Shown one piece after another: positions 1-9,842 of a stretch of DNA of 64,000 nt. A program made the translations under genes and the position numbers. The notes below the pieces were generated by a model, which was given only the letters and a program-made list of their open reading frames with translations, was not told the origin of the DNA and did not search any database. This DNA is from a virus (Duplodnaviria > Heunggongvirae > Uroviricota > Caudoviricetes), in IMG/VR virus record IMGVR_UViG_3300022932_000016, positions 19,906 through 83,905 of that record. One strand, given 5' to 3'. Positions within the stretch are counted from its first letter, which is position 1. Every line of letters starts with the position of its first letter.

Positions 1-246
1 GAAAGTCACGTTGAAGTAAGGCACGTCTACTGCGTTGAGTAGTTGTTGCGCTCGTTCAAGCGTAGTAACCGTAATAGTTACGTTCACGTTAGGGAAGATA
101 CCGATGAAGTTAGCGACAATGTCACCACTCATGTTTCGGTACGCGTCAGACCAGAGCTTCGCATATTGAATCTGCCATGCCTTTATTTCGTTTGTGCCAA
201 CAACTACACCGTTGATGGTGATTGGTTGGTCAGGTATGTTAGACAT
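1..246 (-). CDS. tail structural protein, N-terminal part (possibly distal tail protein Dit); gene continues beyond the window start
   Basis: ATG at 246-244 (rc) with GGAGT RBS 8 nt upstream. Frame stays open to position 1 (MSNIPDQPITINGVVVGTNEIKAWQ...). Lies immediately downstream of the tape measure gene. Confidence 0.45.
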   Translation of the reverse strand, partial: MSNIPDQPITINGVVVGTNEIKAWQIQYAKLWSDAYRNMSGDIVANFIGIFPNVNVTITVTTLERAQQLLNAVDVPYFNVTF

Positions 247-3200
247 ATATTTGGTTTACTCCTGTTACCATTGAGCGGTCGTTGATTGAGTTGCTGATAG
301 CACCCCCAACCTTGTTACCGTCTAGGTATACGTTGATTACTGTTGGACCATCGCTACCCTTTGATTGACCGTTAAGTTTGCTTGCAAGCTCGTCGATCCA
401 CCCAGTGTTGTTCTCAAGAGGCATAACCGCTTCTCGACCGTCTTCACCGAACATCGCCAGTGTAGCTTGGTCAACGACACCACCGCGCGCAAGTCGAGGG
501 ATAGTAGGGAAGTTTGGTGATAGACCACCGATACCAGGCACGTTGTCTGGTACCTTAATCTTGTTGATTGATTTGATGACACCGTTGATTGCGTCGATGA
601 TACCGTTGAAGACACCCTTGATGATACTAAGGATACCGCTGAAGACGTTTACGATGCTGTTCTTTAGGTTGGTGAACACTGTACCGATTGCGCTCGCAAG
701 TTGGTTGAATGCGTTTGAGATAGGCGCGATGATGTTGTTGTAGATCCAGTTGAAGATAGGTGCAAGCACGCTAACGATTCGGCTGAAGATACCACTTGCG
801 ACACCGACGATACCGTTCCATAGGCTTGAGAATGCGTTTGCGATTGGGTCGATTACCTTTGCTTTTATCCATGCGAAGATTGGTGACAAGAACGCCATGA
901 CTGAGTTGAACCCAGCTGTCACACCTGCGACGATACCCTGCCAGAGCCCGACGAAGAATCCCGCTACTGGTGTAATTACGTTGACGAATACCCAGTTAGC
1001 GAAGAGACCGATTAGCTGAGTGATTACAGACCAAGCGAGAATGAATGCGTCTGATATTCCCATCCACAGGTTACCGAAGAACTGACCGAGTGGGGTAATT
1101 ACGTTCGTGAATACCCAAGCAGGTAGCGCAGCTAGTGCGTTAACGATAGTCGCGATTACCGCAATGATAACAACGACGATTGAAGCGAAGATTTGTGGGA
1201 TAGGACCGAATGCACCCTGTAGTGATAGCATGAAGATTTCACCAATTTGCGCACCGAGGTTGGTGAAGAATGTGATGATACCATTGAACACTCCAGTGAA
1301 CCAACTAGATACTGCTTCCCAGTTGAAGATGAGCGCGATGATTGCAGTAAGCGCAAGACCGATAGCTAGACCGACAGGGCCTAAGAACTTAACTACACTC
1401 GAGACGATTGTTAAGATTGCACGCAAGATACCTGGAAGTGCCCGCAGTAGCATAGGACCGAATGTCACGAAGAAGCGACCGATAGCAGGGCCAATCTCTG
1501 AGAAAGCGGCAACAATACGAGGACCGAGCGTTGTGAACACTCGAAGTATAGTAGGACCAATGTTCTTTAAGATGTTGACGATACCAGGCCCGAGTCCCTT
1601 GAATAGCGTGAACATATCTTGAATGAACGCTTTTGCGTATAAACCAGCCCACTTGAAGAATGTAGGGAACCAAGCACGAAGCTGTAGCAACCCAGCTAGT
1701 ACACCAGCAGGAATGATTAAGAAGTCCCACCAGTTTGACTTAGGTGCAAGACCGTCAAGACCAGCGAGCATACCCTTTAGCTTGTCTTTCAACGCACCAA
1801 AGTCAGGCAGAACAGGTTCGGTGATACCAAGGTCGCCAAGACCACCACCACCGCCACCTGCAGCGTCAGCTCCTGTAGGGCTGTTGATGACGTTCATCTT
1901 GTCGAATGCAGCGAGTTGCTTAGTGGCTTTCTTTGCAGCGTCACCAGCACCACCAAGGGCACCTGTTACGTCGCCAATACCTGTAGCAGCGTTACCAGTT
2001 GATTCAGTGATGCCGTCGAAGATGTCACCAAGTGCGTCAAGAGGACCCGTTGAAGGTGTCGCGCTGTTGAATACACCGAACAGTGAGATAAGGGCTACTA
2101 GAGCAGCAATAACGATTGCGACCCTACCCGCAGTCGATACGAGTGCGCGACCGAGGGTGAGTACAGCGGCAGCGATACCGAGAATGACTGGTGTAACCGC
2201 AAGACCGACCGCCAAGAAAGCGACAAACAATGTGATTGCTTGAGTTACTGATGGCCCTAAGAAGTTAGCGATTGATGTCGCCATCTGGATAACCGCGTTA
2301 AGACCAATAAGTACCGCTTGCGCAAGACCAAAGAACAGCCGTGTAGCGATAACGAGTGCAGGGGCAATGCCTTGACCAAGTACCTGTAGCAATTGTGCGA
2401 AGTTACCAAGCAATTGTCGGAATAGGCTTTCGTTTTGTTGAACGAATTGAATTGCGATACCCAGAACACTAACGAGTGCTTGTTGCATTGCTGATGATGA
2501 CGCAACCAGGGCTGCGAACAAACCGACCAAAAGACCAGTACCGTAACCAATTTCACCAATCAAGTTACCGATGAATGGAATACGTGAGATCAAGTCTGTT
2601 GCGAATGCTAGGAATAGACCACCTAGAATTGCAATAACTTGTGGGTATTGTTGAAGTAGGTTAAGTAGACCACCGACCGCTGAACCAATCTTTTCGAATG
2701 TCGCGACAACAAGTGGGTTTTCTACGAACGATAGGATACTTGCAAATAGGTTCTTAATTCGAGCGTATAGACCGTCAACCGCAACGGTCATACCGTCAGT
2801 GGTTACAGTCACACCGAAGAACGCGAGACCTACCCGCTTGAGGTTGTCTTGTAAGTTGTTCAAGATACCAGCGAATGTTGATGATTGCTTGATAGCACCC
2901 TGGAACGCTACCCCACCAGCTTTAGTAAGGTTGTTCAATGCTTTAACGATAACTTCAGATGTTACTGAACCATCACCGAATGCTCCACGAACTTCACCCG
3001 CGCTCTTGCCCATTGCTTCACCGATTGCTGAGATGAACCCAGGGAGTGAGTTTTGAATCTGCAAGAAGTCAGTACCAGTAGCTTTACCAGCACCGAAGAT
3101 TTGAGACAGAACGTAGTAGAAACGGTCTAATTGGTCAGAAGATGCACCGAAGGCACCACCGATGTCAGAGACACGTTGAATAACACCGAATGCTTGTTGA

Positions 3201-4114
3201 CCAGTAAGACCTACAGATACGAGCTTTTGTTCGTAAGCGATAAGACTTGAGGTGTCGTACGGTGTTGAGTTCGCGTAAGTGTAAAGGTCATAGATTGCTT
3301 TACCAGCTGCTTCAGTACTCTTCAGGAGGCTTTCAAGACCAAGTTGAGCAGACTCGATTAGCGAGATTGTTTTAAGAATAGGAATAGTCGAGAAGACCGC
3401 AACTGCGGCAGCAAGACCAAGACCCATACGACCGATTTCACCAGTCGCGGTGCGAATTGAGTTACCGAATTGTAGTACGCTCTTGCTACCCTCTGATAGG
3501 TCACCGAGCTTAATCTTGTTGAAGACTTGTCGGAAGTCAGTCCATGATTCTTTTAGCACCGATGACTGGTTAGCCGCTTTTTCTGTTTCGTCTTCAATCT
3601 GCTTAATACCAGCTGCGATAGTTGGTGCAAGTGAAGAAATGCCACCGAATTGTTGACCGAGTTGGCTTCCCATAGCTGAAGCGGTATCTTGTAGCGACGT
3701 GCGCTGTCGTTCTAGCCATGTGGTAGTGATTGCGCCAGCTGTAGCCGCGTCTGCACCCGTTCGGGTCAGAGTGTCGCGGTACGAGTTAGCGGTTCGGTCA
3801 AGACCTCGGTATTGTACGTCGAGCTTCTGTAGCTCGTTTGCGATTGATGATTGTTGCTTTGCGTATTGTGCGATGTTTTGTGCGTTAAAGGCGTTTTGAG
3901 TGCCCTTTTGAACGCTTGAAAGGCCTTTGTTGATAGCTTCGATGTTCTTTGCAAAACCTGCAGTAAGCGCATCAGCAGAGCCCTTAAAGGCGTTGGTCAT
4001 CGCACGGTCGATACTCTTCCCTGTTTGTTCGGCCTGTTTCTCAACAGCAGCCAGCTCGTTCTTGAGTTTGGTTGCGTCACCAGTTAGAAGATATTTTATT
4101 TCGCGGTCGTTCAT
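239..4114 (-). CDS. tail tape measure protein (1291 aa)
   Basis: Very long ORF downstream of major tail protein and chaperones. N-terminal coiled-coil-like region and a hydrophobic middle. About 8-10 tandem ~33-aa W/F-rich repeats in the C-terminal third. Conserved C-terminal motif ARGGVVDQATLAMFGEDGREAVMPL typical of siphovirus TMPs. Confidence 0.93.
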   Translation of the reverse strand: MNDREIKYLLTGDATKLKNELAAVEKQAEQTGKSIDRAMTNAFKGSADALTAGFAKNIEAINKGLSSVQKGTQNAFNAQNIAQYAKQQSSIANELQKLDVQYRGLDRTANSYRDTLTRTGADAATAGAITTTWLERQRTSLQDTASAMGSQLGQQFGGISSLAPTIAAGIKQIEDETEKAANQSSVLKESWTDFRQVFNKIKLGDLSEGSKSVLQFGNSIRTATGEIGRMGLGLAAAVAVFSTIPILKTISLIESAQLGLESLLKSTEAAGKAIYDLYTYANSTPYDTSSLIAYEQKLVSVGLTGQQAFGVIQRVSDIGGAFGASSDQLDRFYYVLSQIFGAGKATGTDFLQIQNSLPGFISAIGEAMGKSAGEVRGAFGDGSVTSEVIVKALNNLTKAGGVAFQGAIKQSSTFAGILNNLQDNLKRVGLAFFGVTVTTDGMTVAVDGLYARIKNLFASILSFVENPLVVATFEKIGSAVGGLLNLLQQYPQVIAILGGLFLAFATDLISRIPFIGNLIGEIGYGTGLLVGLFAALVASSSAMQQALVSVLGIAIQFVQQNESLFRQLLGNFAQLLQVLGQGIAPALVIATRLFFGLAQAVLIGLNAVIQMATSIANFLGPSVTQAITLFVAFLAVGLAVTPVILGIAAAVLTLGRALVSTAGRVAIVIAALVALISLFGVFNSATPSTGPLDALGDIFDGITESTGNAATGIGDVTGALGGAGDAAKKATKQLAAFDKMNVINSPTGADAAGGGGGGLGDLGITEPVLPDFGALKDKLKGMLAGLDGLAPKSNWWDFLIIPAGVLAGLLQLRAWFPTFFKWAGLYAKAFIQDMFTLFKGLGPGIVNILKNIGPTILRVFTTLGPRIVAAFSEIGPAIGRFFVTFGPMLLRALPGILRAILTIVSSVVKFLGPVGLAIGLALTAIIALIFNWEAVSSWFTGVFNGIITFFTNLGAQIGEIFMLSLQGAFGPIPQIFASIVVVIIAVIATIVNALAALPAWVFTNVITPLGQFFGNLWMGISDAFILAWSVITQLIGLFANWVFVNVITPVAGFFVGLWQGIVAGVTAGFNSVMAFLSPIFAWIKAKVIDPIANAFSSLWNGIVGVASGIFSRIVSVLAPIFNWIYNNIIAPISNAFNQLASAIGTVFTNLKNSIVNVFSGILSIIKGVFNGIIDAINGVIKSINKIKVPDNVPGIGGLSPNFPTIPRLARGGVVDQATLAMFGEDGREAVMPLENNTGWIDELASKLNGQSKGSDGPTVINVYLDGNKVGGAISNSINDRSMVTGVNQIYV

Positions 4115-4428
4115 ATTTCGATCAGTTTTTTGTATTCGTCGATTAGTTTCTTGATTGATTCACCCTTTTTAGAGTGAGGGGCTGCGGCAATCTGTACGTG
4201 GTTTATGTACTCGATTGCTTTCTGCTGGTGAGCTGTCTTGATAAGCAAGTTGACATCTCGAGCAGGCATCTGTTCAACGTCCTCGAGTCGATATTGCGGA
4301 TAATAGTAACAGACCAACGCGTATATTTGTCGGTTACTGTTACTATCATCATCGCTTTTGGGGTTTTTGTTTTTGACTGAACCACCATTGGCGCTGATTG
4401 ATACAGGCGCTTTAGGTGTGGTAGCCAT
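4111..4428 (-). CDS. tail assembly chaperone-like protein (second of pair)
   Basis: Position between the chaperone and TMP (ATGA overlap with the TMP start). Starts 2 nt after the upstream stop (TAATCATG). Confidence 0.45.
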   Translation of the reverse strand: MATTPKAPVSISANGGSVKNKNPKSDDDSNSNRQIYALVCYYYPQYRLEDVEQMPARDVNLLIKTAHQQKAIEYINHVQIAAAPHSKKGESIKKLIDEYKKLIEI

Positions 4429-4430
4429 GA

Positions 4431-4739
4431 TTAGTTAGCTGAGAGTTCTTTCTCTGCCATGTTGTTAAAGGCTTGTAGAACATTGATTGGTGAAGCGTCG
4501 AGTGCTTCTTCAATTGACACCTTGTGGTCTACTGGTGTGATGAGTCCGTAAACGAACTGTTGCATCTTGTTCGAAACAGCTTGTTTTTCTTCGTCTGTGC
4601 TTGCTGCGTCAAGTTCTTTTTGAATAGCTTGGTTAGCTTTCAACTCAGACACTAATGGTCGTCGAAAATCGAATACTTTACCGTCGATCTCGAATGCGAA
4701 CGATTTGCTAATGTTGTCTGATAGATTGTACTGTGACAT
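4431..4739 (-). CDS. tail assembly chaperone (G-like)
   Basis: About 100-aa acidic protein between the major tail protein and TMP, which is the conserved synteny. Confidence 0.5.
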   Translation of the reverse strand: MSQYNLSDNISKSFAFEIDGKVFDFRRPLVSELKANQAIQKELDAASTDEEKQAVSNKMQQFVYGLITPVDHKVSIEEALDASPINVLQAFNNMAEKELSAN

Positions 4740-4861
4740 CTTGTGTTAGTCTCCTTTGGACTTAGTTGTATTTCATCTCTAATTATATAGATTTGATAAA
4801 AACAGCACCCCCGATAGCGCAATGCCATCGAGGGTTAGTGTTTGATCTTCGAGAGCTATGA

Positions 4862-5362
4862 TTAGCTGTCGACGGTAGTGTCGCCACCACCAAGGATCTG
4901 TGCAACTGCTTCGCCTTGGCCAGGTTGACCTGTGAATGCTACAGTAATTGTAAGCAATGCACCGTCTTGCATGTCGATTGAGCTTAGTGTTGCCACCGCG
5001 CTGTTAATACGAACTGCTAGGTTACCAGTACAGTCAAGGATATCGAGGTCGTTTGCGATGTCTTCTTCAGAACATGCAGCAGGAACGATGTCGATAGCAC
5101 CATCAGCGTTGGTAACTTCTTGACCTGTTGAGAGAATCTCACCGTTGGCTTTGAAGTATTGTGGGAGTACGGCTGCAACTGATGATGGTGTAAGACCACG
5201 TAGTTGAAGCTCTACAGATGCTTTAATACCTGTAGTAATGGTTGATGTACGACCGTCAATTGTTGTGTAGTCGTTAGACGTAACATCAAATGATGGGCTG
5301 TAATCCATAACGTCGGTAATGGTTGTCGCACCAAATCGTACAGTGAAAGGACCTTTAAACAT
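4862..5362 (-). CDS. major tail (tube) protein
   Basis: 166-aa protein directly upstream of chaperones and TMP, downstream of head-tail joining genes. Composition resembles siphovirus tail tube proteins. Confidence 0.65.
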   Translation of the reverse strand: MFKGPFTVRFGATTITDVMDYSPSFDVTSNDYTTIDGRTSTITTGIKASVELQLRGLTPSSVAAVLPQYFKANGEILSTGQEVTNADGAIDIVPAACSEEDIANDLDILDCTGNLAVRINSAVATLSSIDMQDGALLTITVAFTGQPGQGEAVAQILGGGDTTVDS

Positions 5363-5379
5363 ATTTTTGTGTTTCCTTA

Positions 5380-5811
5380 TTAACTTTCTATATTTGGCGC
5401 GCTATTAGGCGCTCTGTATAATTGAACATTTACAGTGAGCAAGCCAGTTTGAAGTTCTTCGCTGTCAATGTCTTGACTTGAAGCAAACTGAGATGTAGAC
5501 ACGTAGTCTATATCAAACCCCTCAAGGTGAAAGCAGTCTTTCGCGTTCAATCGTTCTTCGAGGTTGAATAGAGTTCTATCAACGTCTTTGTTCGATGTGT
5601 CGCGGTACTGTACCTGTATTAGATACTGTTTTACTACTTCACCCGTGATAAGTCTTCGCACTGTTTGACCACCGTTGGTTGTGATAACAAAGCTATCTGC
5701 TGGGGCTTTCAGCGGTATTCGGTTGATAAACAAGTTATTGCCGAACGCACCGTAACCTTCGATTTCTAGCCACTGTACAAATGATTCTGATACGGTTACT
5801 GGGTCTGTCAT
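5380..5811 (-). CDS. tail terminator / tail completion protein
   Basis: Synteny: lies between the HK97 gp10-like gene and the major tail protein. 143 aa. Confidence 0.45.
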   Translation of the reverse strand: MTDPVTVSESFVQWLEIEGYGAFGNNLFINRIPLKAPADSFVITTNGGQTVRRLITGEVVKQYLIQVQYRDTSNKDVDRTLFNLEERLNAKDCFHLEGFDIDYVSTSQFASSQDIDSEELQTGLLTVNVQLYRAPNSAPNIES

Positions 5812-6173
5812 ATCGCGTCCATCATTGTTATGTCTAGTATAATCATAGCTTCGTCACCCTTTGCCACCTTGTTGATAGCGTTCTTCGCAAAGTCTTTACC
5901 TGTCCCAGGTGTTGTGTACCTGTGGATCTCGGTTCCGTCTGATGCGATACCTTCTTCTTGGTCACCTGCGTATGGTTCTGACCACTCAACTGAAACTTGG
6001 CGTTGGCCAGCTTTTGTTGGGTGAGCTGAGTTACGTAGGGCACCAGTCTTCTTCGGAGTGTTTGGGTCAGCTTCACGTATGACCGCTTCTGCGATCTGTA
6101 CGAGGGCTACCCCGAAGTGGTTGTCGATACTATCACCGATAACCTGTGCGTTGATATTCTTTACTAACGGCAT
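5808..6173 (-). CDS. HK97 gp10-like head-tail joining protein
   Basis: TGALRNS motif matches the DTGxLRNS signature of the HK97 gp10 family. Position within the connector module. Confidence 0.6.
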   Translation of the reverse strand: MPLVKNINAQVIGDSIDNHFGVALVQIAEAVIREADPNTPKKTGALRNSAHPTKAGQRQVSVEWSEPYAGDQEEGIASDGTEIHRYTTPGTGKDFAKNAINKVAKGDEAMIILDITMMDAI

Positions 6174-6174
6174 A

Positions 6175-6561
6175 TTATGATTCCTCTGGGTCTGGTAGGT
6201 CTGCGATTGCTTTAACTTTCGTTAAGAAGCAGTGCACGTTGTCTACGTTGTTAGCGAGTAACTTTCGTTGCCCCACTACTACGCGAGAGATACGGTACCA
6301 AGCGTCTGATTCATCACCACCGAACAGGTTAGCGACTATGTACAGACCTTCGAGACGGTAGGCGTTCGCAAGAACGATTGGGTCTTTCGGGTTTAAGTAC
6401 ACATGAGCGTCTGCTGCGTGTTCTTCGGCACTTGCCGTTTGCAAATATGAGCCACCTAGGTGAAACAATGACTTAACCGTTTGGTTTATAACGACGGTCT
6501 TATCGTTGTACCCATCTGTATCAACGTCGATTAGCTTAATTGAGTCTTTGTAGCTTATCAT
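6175..6561 (-). CDS. head closure / head-tail adaptor protein
   Basis: 128 aa. Synteny between the gp6-like and gp10-like genes. Confidence 0.5.
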   Translation of the reverse strand: MISYKDSIKLIDVDTDGYNDKTVVINQTVKSLFHLGGSYLQTASAEEHAADAHVYLNPKDPIVLANAYRLEGLYIVANLFGGDESDAWYRISRVVVGQRKLLANNVDNVHCFLTKVKAIADLPDPEES

Positions 6562-7334
6562 CGTACAGGCACCCTATTACGCTTAGCCCCGTTAGGACCA
6601 GCGAATAGAGCAACTGTGGCTGAATGATCGCTACTGCTAATTGGGGTTACTGGTTTGTCAGTCTTTGACCAACTGTGACCGTCAACTGATTCAGAAGTGA
6701 TGTTACCCATCGCTGCTGAGTTGTTTGGGTCTAGTCGGTAGTCAACCATGTCTGCAAGCAGATACATGATTGCTGGGTCTGACGCTACGTCGTGGTAATC
6801 TGCATCGACTGCGAGGGCTAGTTTCACTTGCTTCGGGTGACCTACTTGAAATAGAGTCGTGAAGTTAGCGATTACTGTAGGGTCATAAGACCACCCAGGA
6901 ACGTCGATTTCGATCCACTTGCCCCAACCGTTACCCATGTACTGAGGTATTGCTCCTACGAGATCGTCGAGAGTAATGAAACTCTCATTGTCGAGTACGA
7001 GGACCAACTTAGCTCGGTACGCTGTGTCGAATGGTTGTACGAGTGCAAACTTATCTTTGAGCTCAAGCGGAAACACCATCACATCACCGATAGGTTCGTC
7101 AGCAGGCAATAAATTGTCGATGACTTCTTGGGTGACAGGTAGTGTTTGACCGATGGAGAACCCGTTGTATTGGGTCTTACCAAGCTCACTGTAAATGTTC
7201 GTTTGTGGCGTCAGAGAGTAACCTAGAGCAGACTCAAGCTCAACGGTTGCACGAGCGATTGCTGCGAGAACCATATTTTCGTCTTCGTCAGATACAGTGT
7301 TTCCCGTAAGCTGTTCGTACTGTTCTATAGTCAC
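6558..7334 (-). CDS. head-tail connector (gp6-like N-terminal region) with C-terminal extension
   Basis: Immediately downstream of the capsid gene. N-terminus (EQYEQLTGNTVSDEDENMVLAAIARATVELESALGY) resembles gp6/gp15-type connector proteins. At 258 aa it is longer than usual. Confidence 0.45.
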   Translation of the reverse strand: MTIEQYEQLTGNTVSDEDENMVLAAIARATVELESALGYSLTPQTNIYSELGKTQYNGFSIGQTLPVTQEVIDNLLPADEPIGDVMVFPLELKDKFALVQPFDTAYRAKLVLVLDNESFITLDDLVGAIPQYMGNGWGKWIEIDVPGWSYDPTVIANFTTLFQVGHPKQVKLALAVDADYHDVASDPAIMYLLADMVDYRLDPNNSAAMGNITSESVDGHSWSKTDKPVTPISSSDHSATVALFAGPNGAKRNRVPVR

Positions 7335-7409
7335 TCTCTTATACCTTTTTTTTATTTTTCTTTTATCTTGGTGCCCCCGCCCATAAGACGGGAGCTATGC
7401 AACTATATC

Positions 7410-9695
7410 TTAGCTTTCTGAGCTAGAGATTGAGGCAACAAGTTCTGGTTCTGTAACAACACCACCACGGAAGAATGATCCACGGATCACAACTTCGTTG
7501 CGTTGGAATGCTGAACGAACTTCACCAGCTACTTCGTATGATGCACGACCGTCTACGTCGTATGAGAGACCACCAGATGTTCGTCCTGTGAATGCGCTCA
7601 TGTCTGCGTAGAAGATTGGGTCAGTAACAGTAACCGCTACACCGTGTACTAGGAAAGTACGAGTGTCACCTGCGTTAAGCGTAGGTAGAAGGTCGCTAGG
7701 AACTGTTACGAAAGATGTACCGAATACTGAACCAGCGTTCAATTCAGCAACAAGACCGAAGTTTTGTTCTGTGATTGCTGATCGTAGGATTGCAGCCTTA
7801 GTCTTGTTTGATAGGATCAACTTACCAACAGTTGTGCTGTCAGCAGCTTCGGCTACAGCTTCTGCTAGGTCAGCAGTGCTTCCTGAGAACTCAACTGTTT
7901 GACCAGTCGCGTTAACAGCTTGTTGTAGACGAGCGATAACAAGTTGTGCGCGCTTTTTGTCGTAGTCGTTTGTGAATTGCTTAGCAATGTCACGCATGAT
8001 GTCAACAGCAGCGAACTTGATTGTTGCAAGTGCTACAGCTGTAACGTATGCAAGTTCTTCTAGTTCGTCGTCGTGTGGCGCGAAAGTTGGTTCACCGTAT
8101 GGCTTCAATAGGTCGTCGTCGTCGATTGGACCAGTTGTTAGGCCACCTGAGTAACCAGTTGATACGTTTTGCATGTCAACTGTAGTACCACGTGATAGCC
8201 ATGCGAACTTGATCGCGTCAGTTTCACGCCAGTCAGTTGCTTCAAGTAGTGCAGAGTAGCTGTTTAGCTTACCTTGTACTTCAGAAAGAACTTCAGGACC
8301 GATAACTAGGTTACCGAGGTCTTCTAGCTTGATTGAGTTTTCTACTTTACCAGCTTCTACAAGTGCGTCGTAGTTAACCTTGTTGATAGCACGCAATTCG
8401 TTGTATGCTTCTACGTTAAGGTCGCGTGTTGATGCAATAGCAAGAGCAAGTTGGTTCTTGATTGTAGCGTTTTTGCTTACAGGAGCTTCTTCAACAAACT
8501 CAGTTTCTTCAACTTGAGCGTCAAGGGCGTTCTTCACAGCTGCGTCAATCATAGCTTGTGCTTCTTCTTTTGTCATTTCAATTTCCTTTTTATTTTCTGT
8601 TTTTTCTTCAACAACTTCTTCAGTCGCTTCCACCTCTTCGGTTTCAGTTTCTTCAGTTCCGTTGTCGACTGTTTCGCTTGCTTCGTTGTCGCTTACGTCA
8701 ACCTTGATGGTGATTTCTGCGTCATCGTCTTTAGCGAGTTCAGCTTCCCATCGAGCTTCTCGAGCTTGACGTTCTGCTTTTTCCTCTTCTGTTTCGATGT
8801 ATTCGCTAGTGCGAGTGGTAGTGACCGTTTCGATCCATGTACCGTTCTCAGCTTTTTCGCGAGTAGTTTCTTCGACAGTTTCGGCTTCTGCTTCAGGTGT
8901 TTCAACTTCAGCTTCAGCTACTTCTTCAGCAACTTCTTCTTCGGCTTCAACTTCTTCGGCTTCTTTTTCGGCTTCGATTTCTTCTGCAACGACTTCGGTA
9001 TCTTCTTCAGGTACTTCAACCACTTCAGGGACTTCGACAACCTTTGTTTCTTTATCTTCTACTTCTGCAGGGGCTTCATTGAGTTTAACTTCAACGAACT
9101 CTTCAGTAGCTTCAGAAATCTTTGTTTCTTTTGCCATATTTTCCTCTTTAGGTGCGATTACTAATTTTTCCTCTAGTCCGTCGACTTTGAGACCCTCAGC
9201 TTTCGCTTTTTCTAAGGAATTGTGGACAGTTTCGTTAAACGAGTTAACGTGTGCGTTATAGTTGTTAGGAGTAACTACTTGACTTAACCCACAAAGCTCA
9301 GCGTTATTGTAGATGCCAGTATCAGGATCAAGGCGACCGAGAGTTTCAATACTAAAGCTGTTAGAGAAACCACCGACCAACAGGTCGTACGCAACTTTAG
9401 CGTATGCGTTTTCTTTAACTGCGTAAATAATCTTCTCAACAGTAACTTTGTTGCCAGATTTCTTAACACCAACAGTTTTTCCAATAAGACTTCGCAATGT
9501 GTCGTCGTGATCGGCAGTAAGCTGGTTACCGTAATCTTCGAGGCTCATTGAATCAATGTCGTATCGTGTGCCGTTGCGTTGCGTAGAATCGTCAGTAATA
9601 GTTAGACCGTTCGGGAATGATACAACGCCATCTCCCTCATCCGTGAAACCGCCTACTTCGGCAGTGACAACGTAACTATTTCTACTTTTTTCCAC
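7410..9695 (-). CDS. prohead protease - scaffold (Glu-rich coiled coil) - HK97-fold major capsid protein fusion (761 aa)
   Basis: N-terminal ~150 aa has an S78-like prohead protease pattern (ADHDDTLRSLIGK...GGFSNSFSIETLG). It is followed by a ~200-aa E/K/V-rich low-complexity region. The C-terminal ~320 aa is HK97-type MCP-like (DWRETDAIKFAWLSRGTTVDMQ...). One continuous ORF downstream of the portal. Confidence 0.8.
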   Translation of the reverse strand: MEKSRNSYVVTAEVGGFTDEGDGVVSFPNGLTITDDSTQRNGTRYDIDSMSLEDYGNQLTADHDDTLRSLIGKTVGVKKSGNKVTVEKIIYAVKENAYAKVAYDLLVGGFSNSFSIETLGRLDPDTGIYNNAELCGLSQVVTPNNYNAHVNSFNETVHNSLEKAKAEGLKVDGLEEKLVIAPKEENMAKETKISEATEEFVEVKLNEAPAEVEDKETKVVEVPEVVEVPEEDTEVVAEEIEAEKEAEEVEAEEEVAEEVAEAEVETPEAEAETVEETTREKAENGTWIETVTTTRTSEYIETEEEKAERQAREARWEAELAKDDDAEITIKVDVSDNEASETVDNGTEETETEEVEATEEVVEEKTENKKEIEMTKEEAQAMIDAAVKNALDAQVEETEFVEEAPVSKNATIKNQLALAIASTRDLNVEAYNELRAINKVNYDALVEAGKVENSIKLEDLGNLVIGPEVLSEVQGKLNSYSALLEATDWRETDAIKFAWLSRGTTVDMQNVSTGYSGGLTTGPIDDDDLLKPYGEPTFAPHDDELEELAYVTAVALATIKFAAVDIMRDIAKQFTNDYDKKRAQLVIARLQQAVNATGQTVEFSGSTADLAEAVAEAADSTTVGKLILSNKTKAAILRSAITEQNFGLVAELNAGSVFGTSFVTVPSDLLPTLNAGDTRTFLVHGVAVTVTDPIFYADMSAFTGRTSGGLSYDVDGRASYEVAGEVRSAFQRNEVVIRGSFFRGGVVTEPELVASISSSES

Positions 9696-9842
9696 GTTTC
9701 TATTCCTTTTTTGTTTTAAGGGACGTTTTTTGTGTAAAACTTTTGTTTGTTTCTTTTACGAAGACCATTCGCAGTGTCTGTGCATGACCTCTATACGTTC
9801 TTCTAGTTGTATTATACATATTATTGTTTTATGATAGTTTCA

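Noticed and set aside
378-2243. Plus-strand ORFs (378-743, 750-1019, 1107-1622, 1623-2243) inside the tape measure gene
   Set aside because: They are antisense to a confidently assigned 1291-aa TMP. Their composition is low-complexity (Pro/Ala/Thr-rich), typical of reverse-frame artefacts. They have no RBS.
4111-4739. Programmed -1 frameshift fusing the two tail chaperone ORFs (G/G-T type)
   Set aside because: The downstream ORF is in the -1 frame, but that frame is closed by a TAA only two codons upstream of its ATG. There is no room for a slippery-site fusion. The genes look separately initiated (TAA-TC-ATG coupling).
7663-9484. Plus and minus ORFs nested in the capsid fusion gene (for example 8451-9164 F/S-rich, 8797-9261 S/T-rich, 8897-9082 L/Q-rich)
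   Set aside because: They are homopolymer-like translations of the antisense or shifted frames of the Glu-rich scaffold region. They are not plausible proteins.
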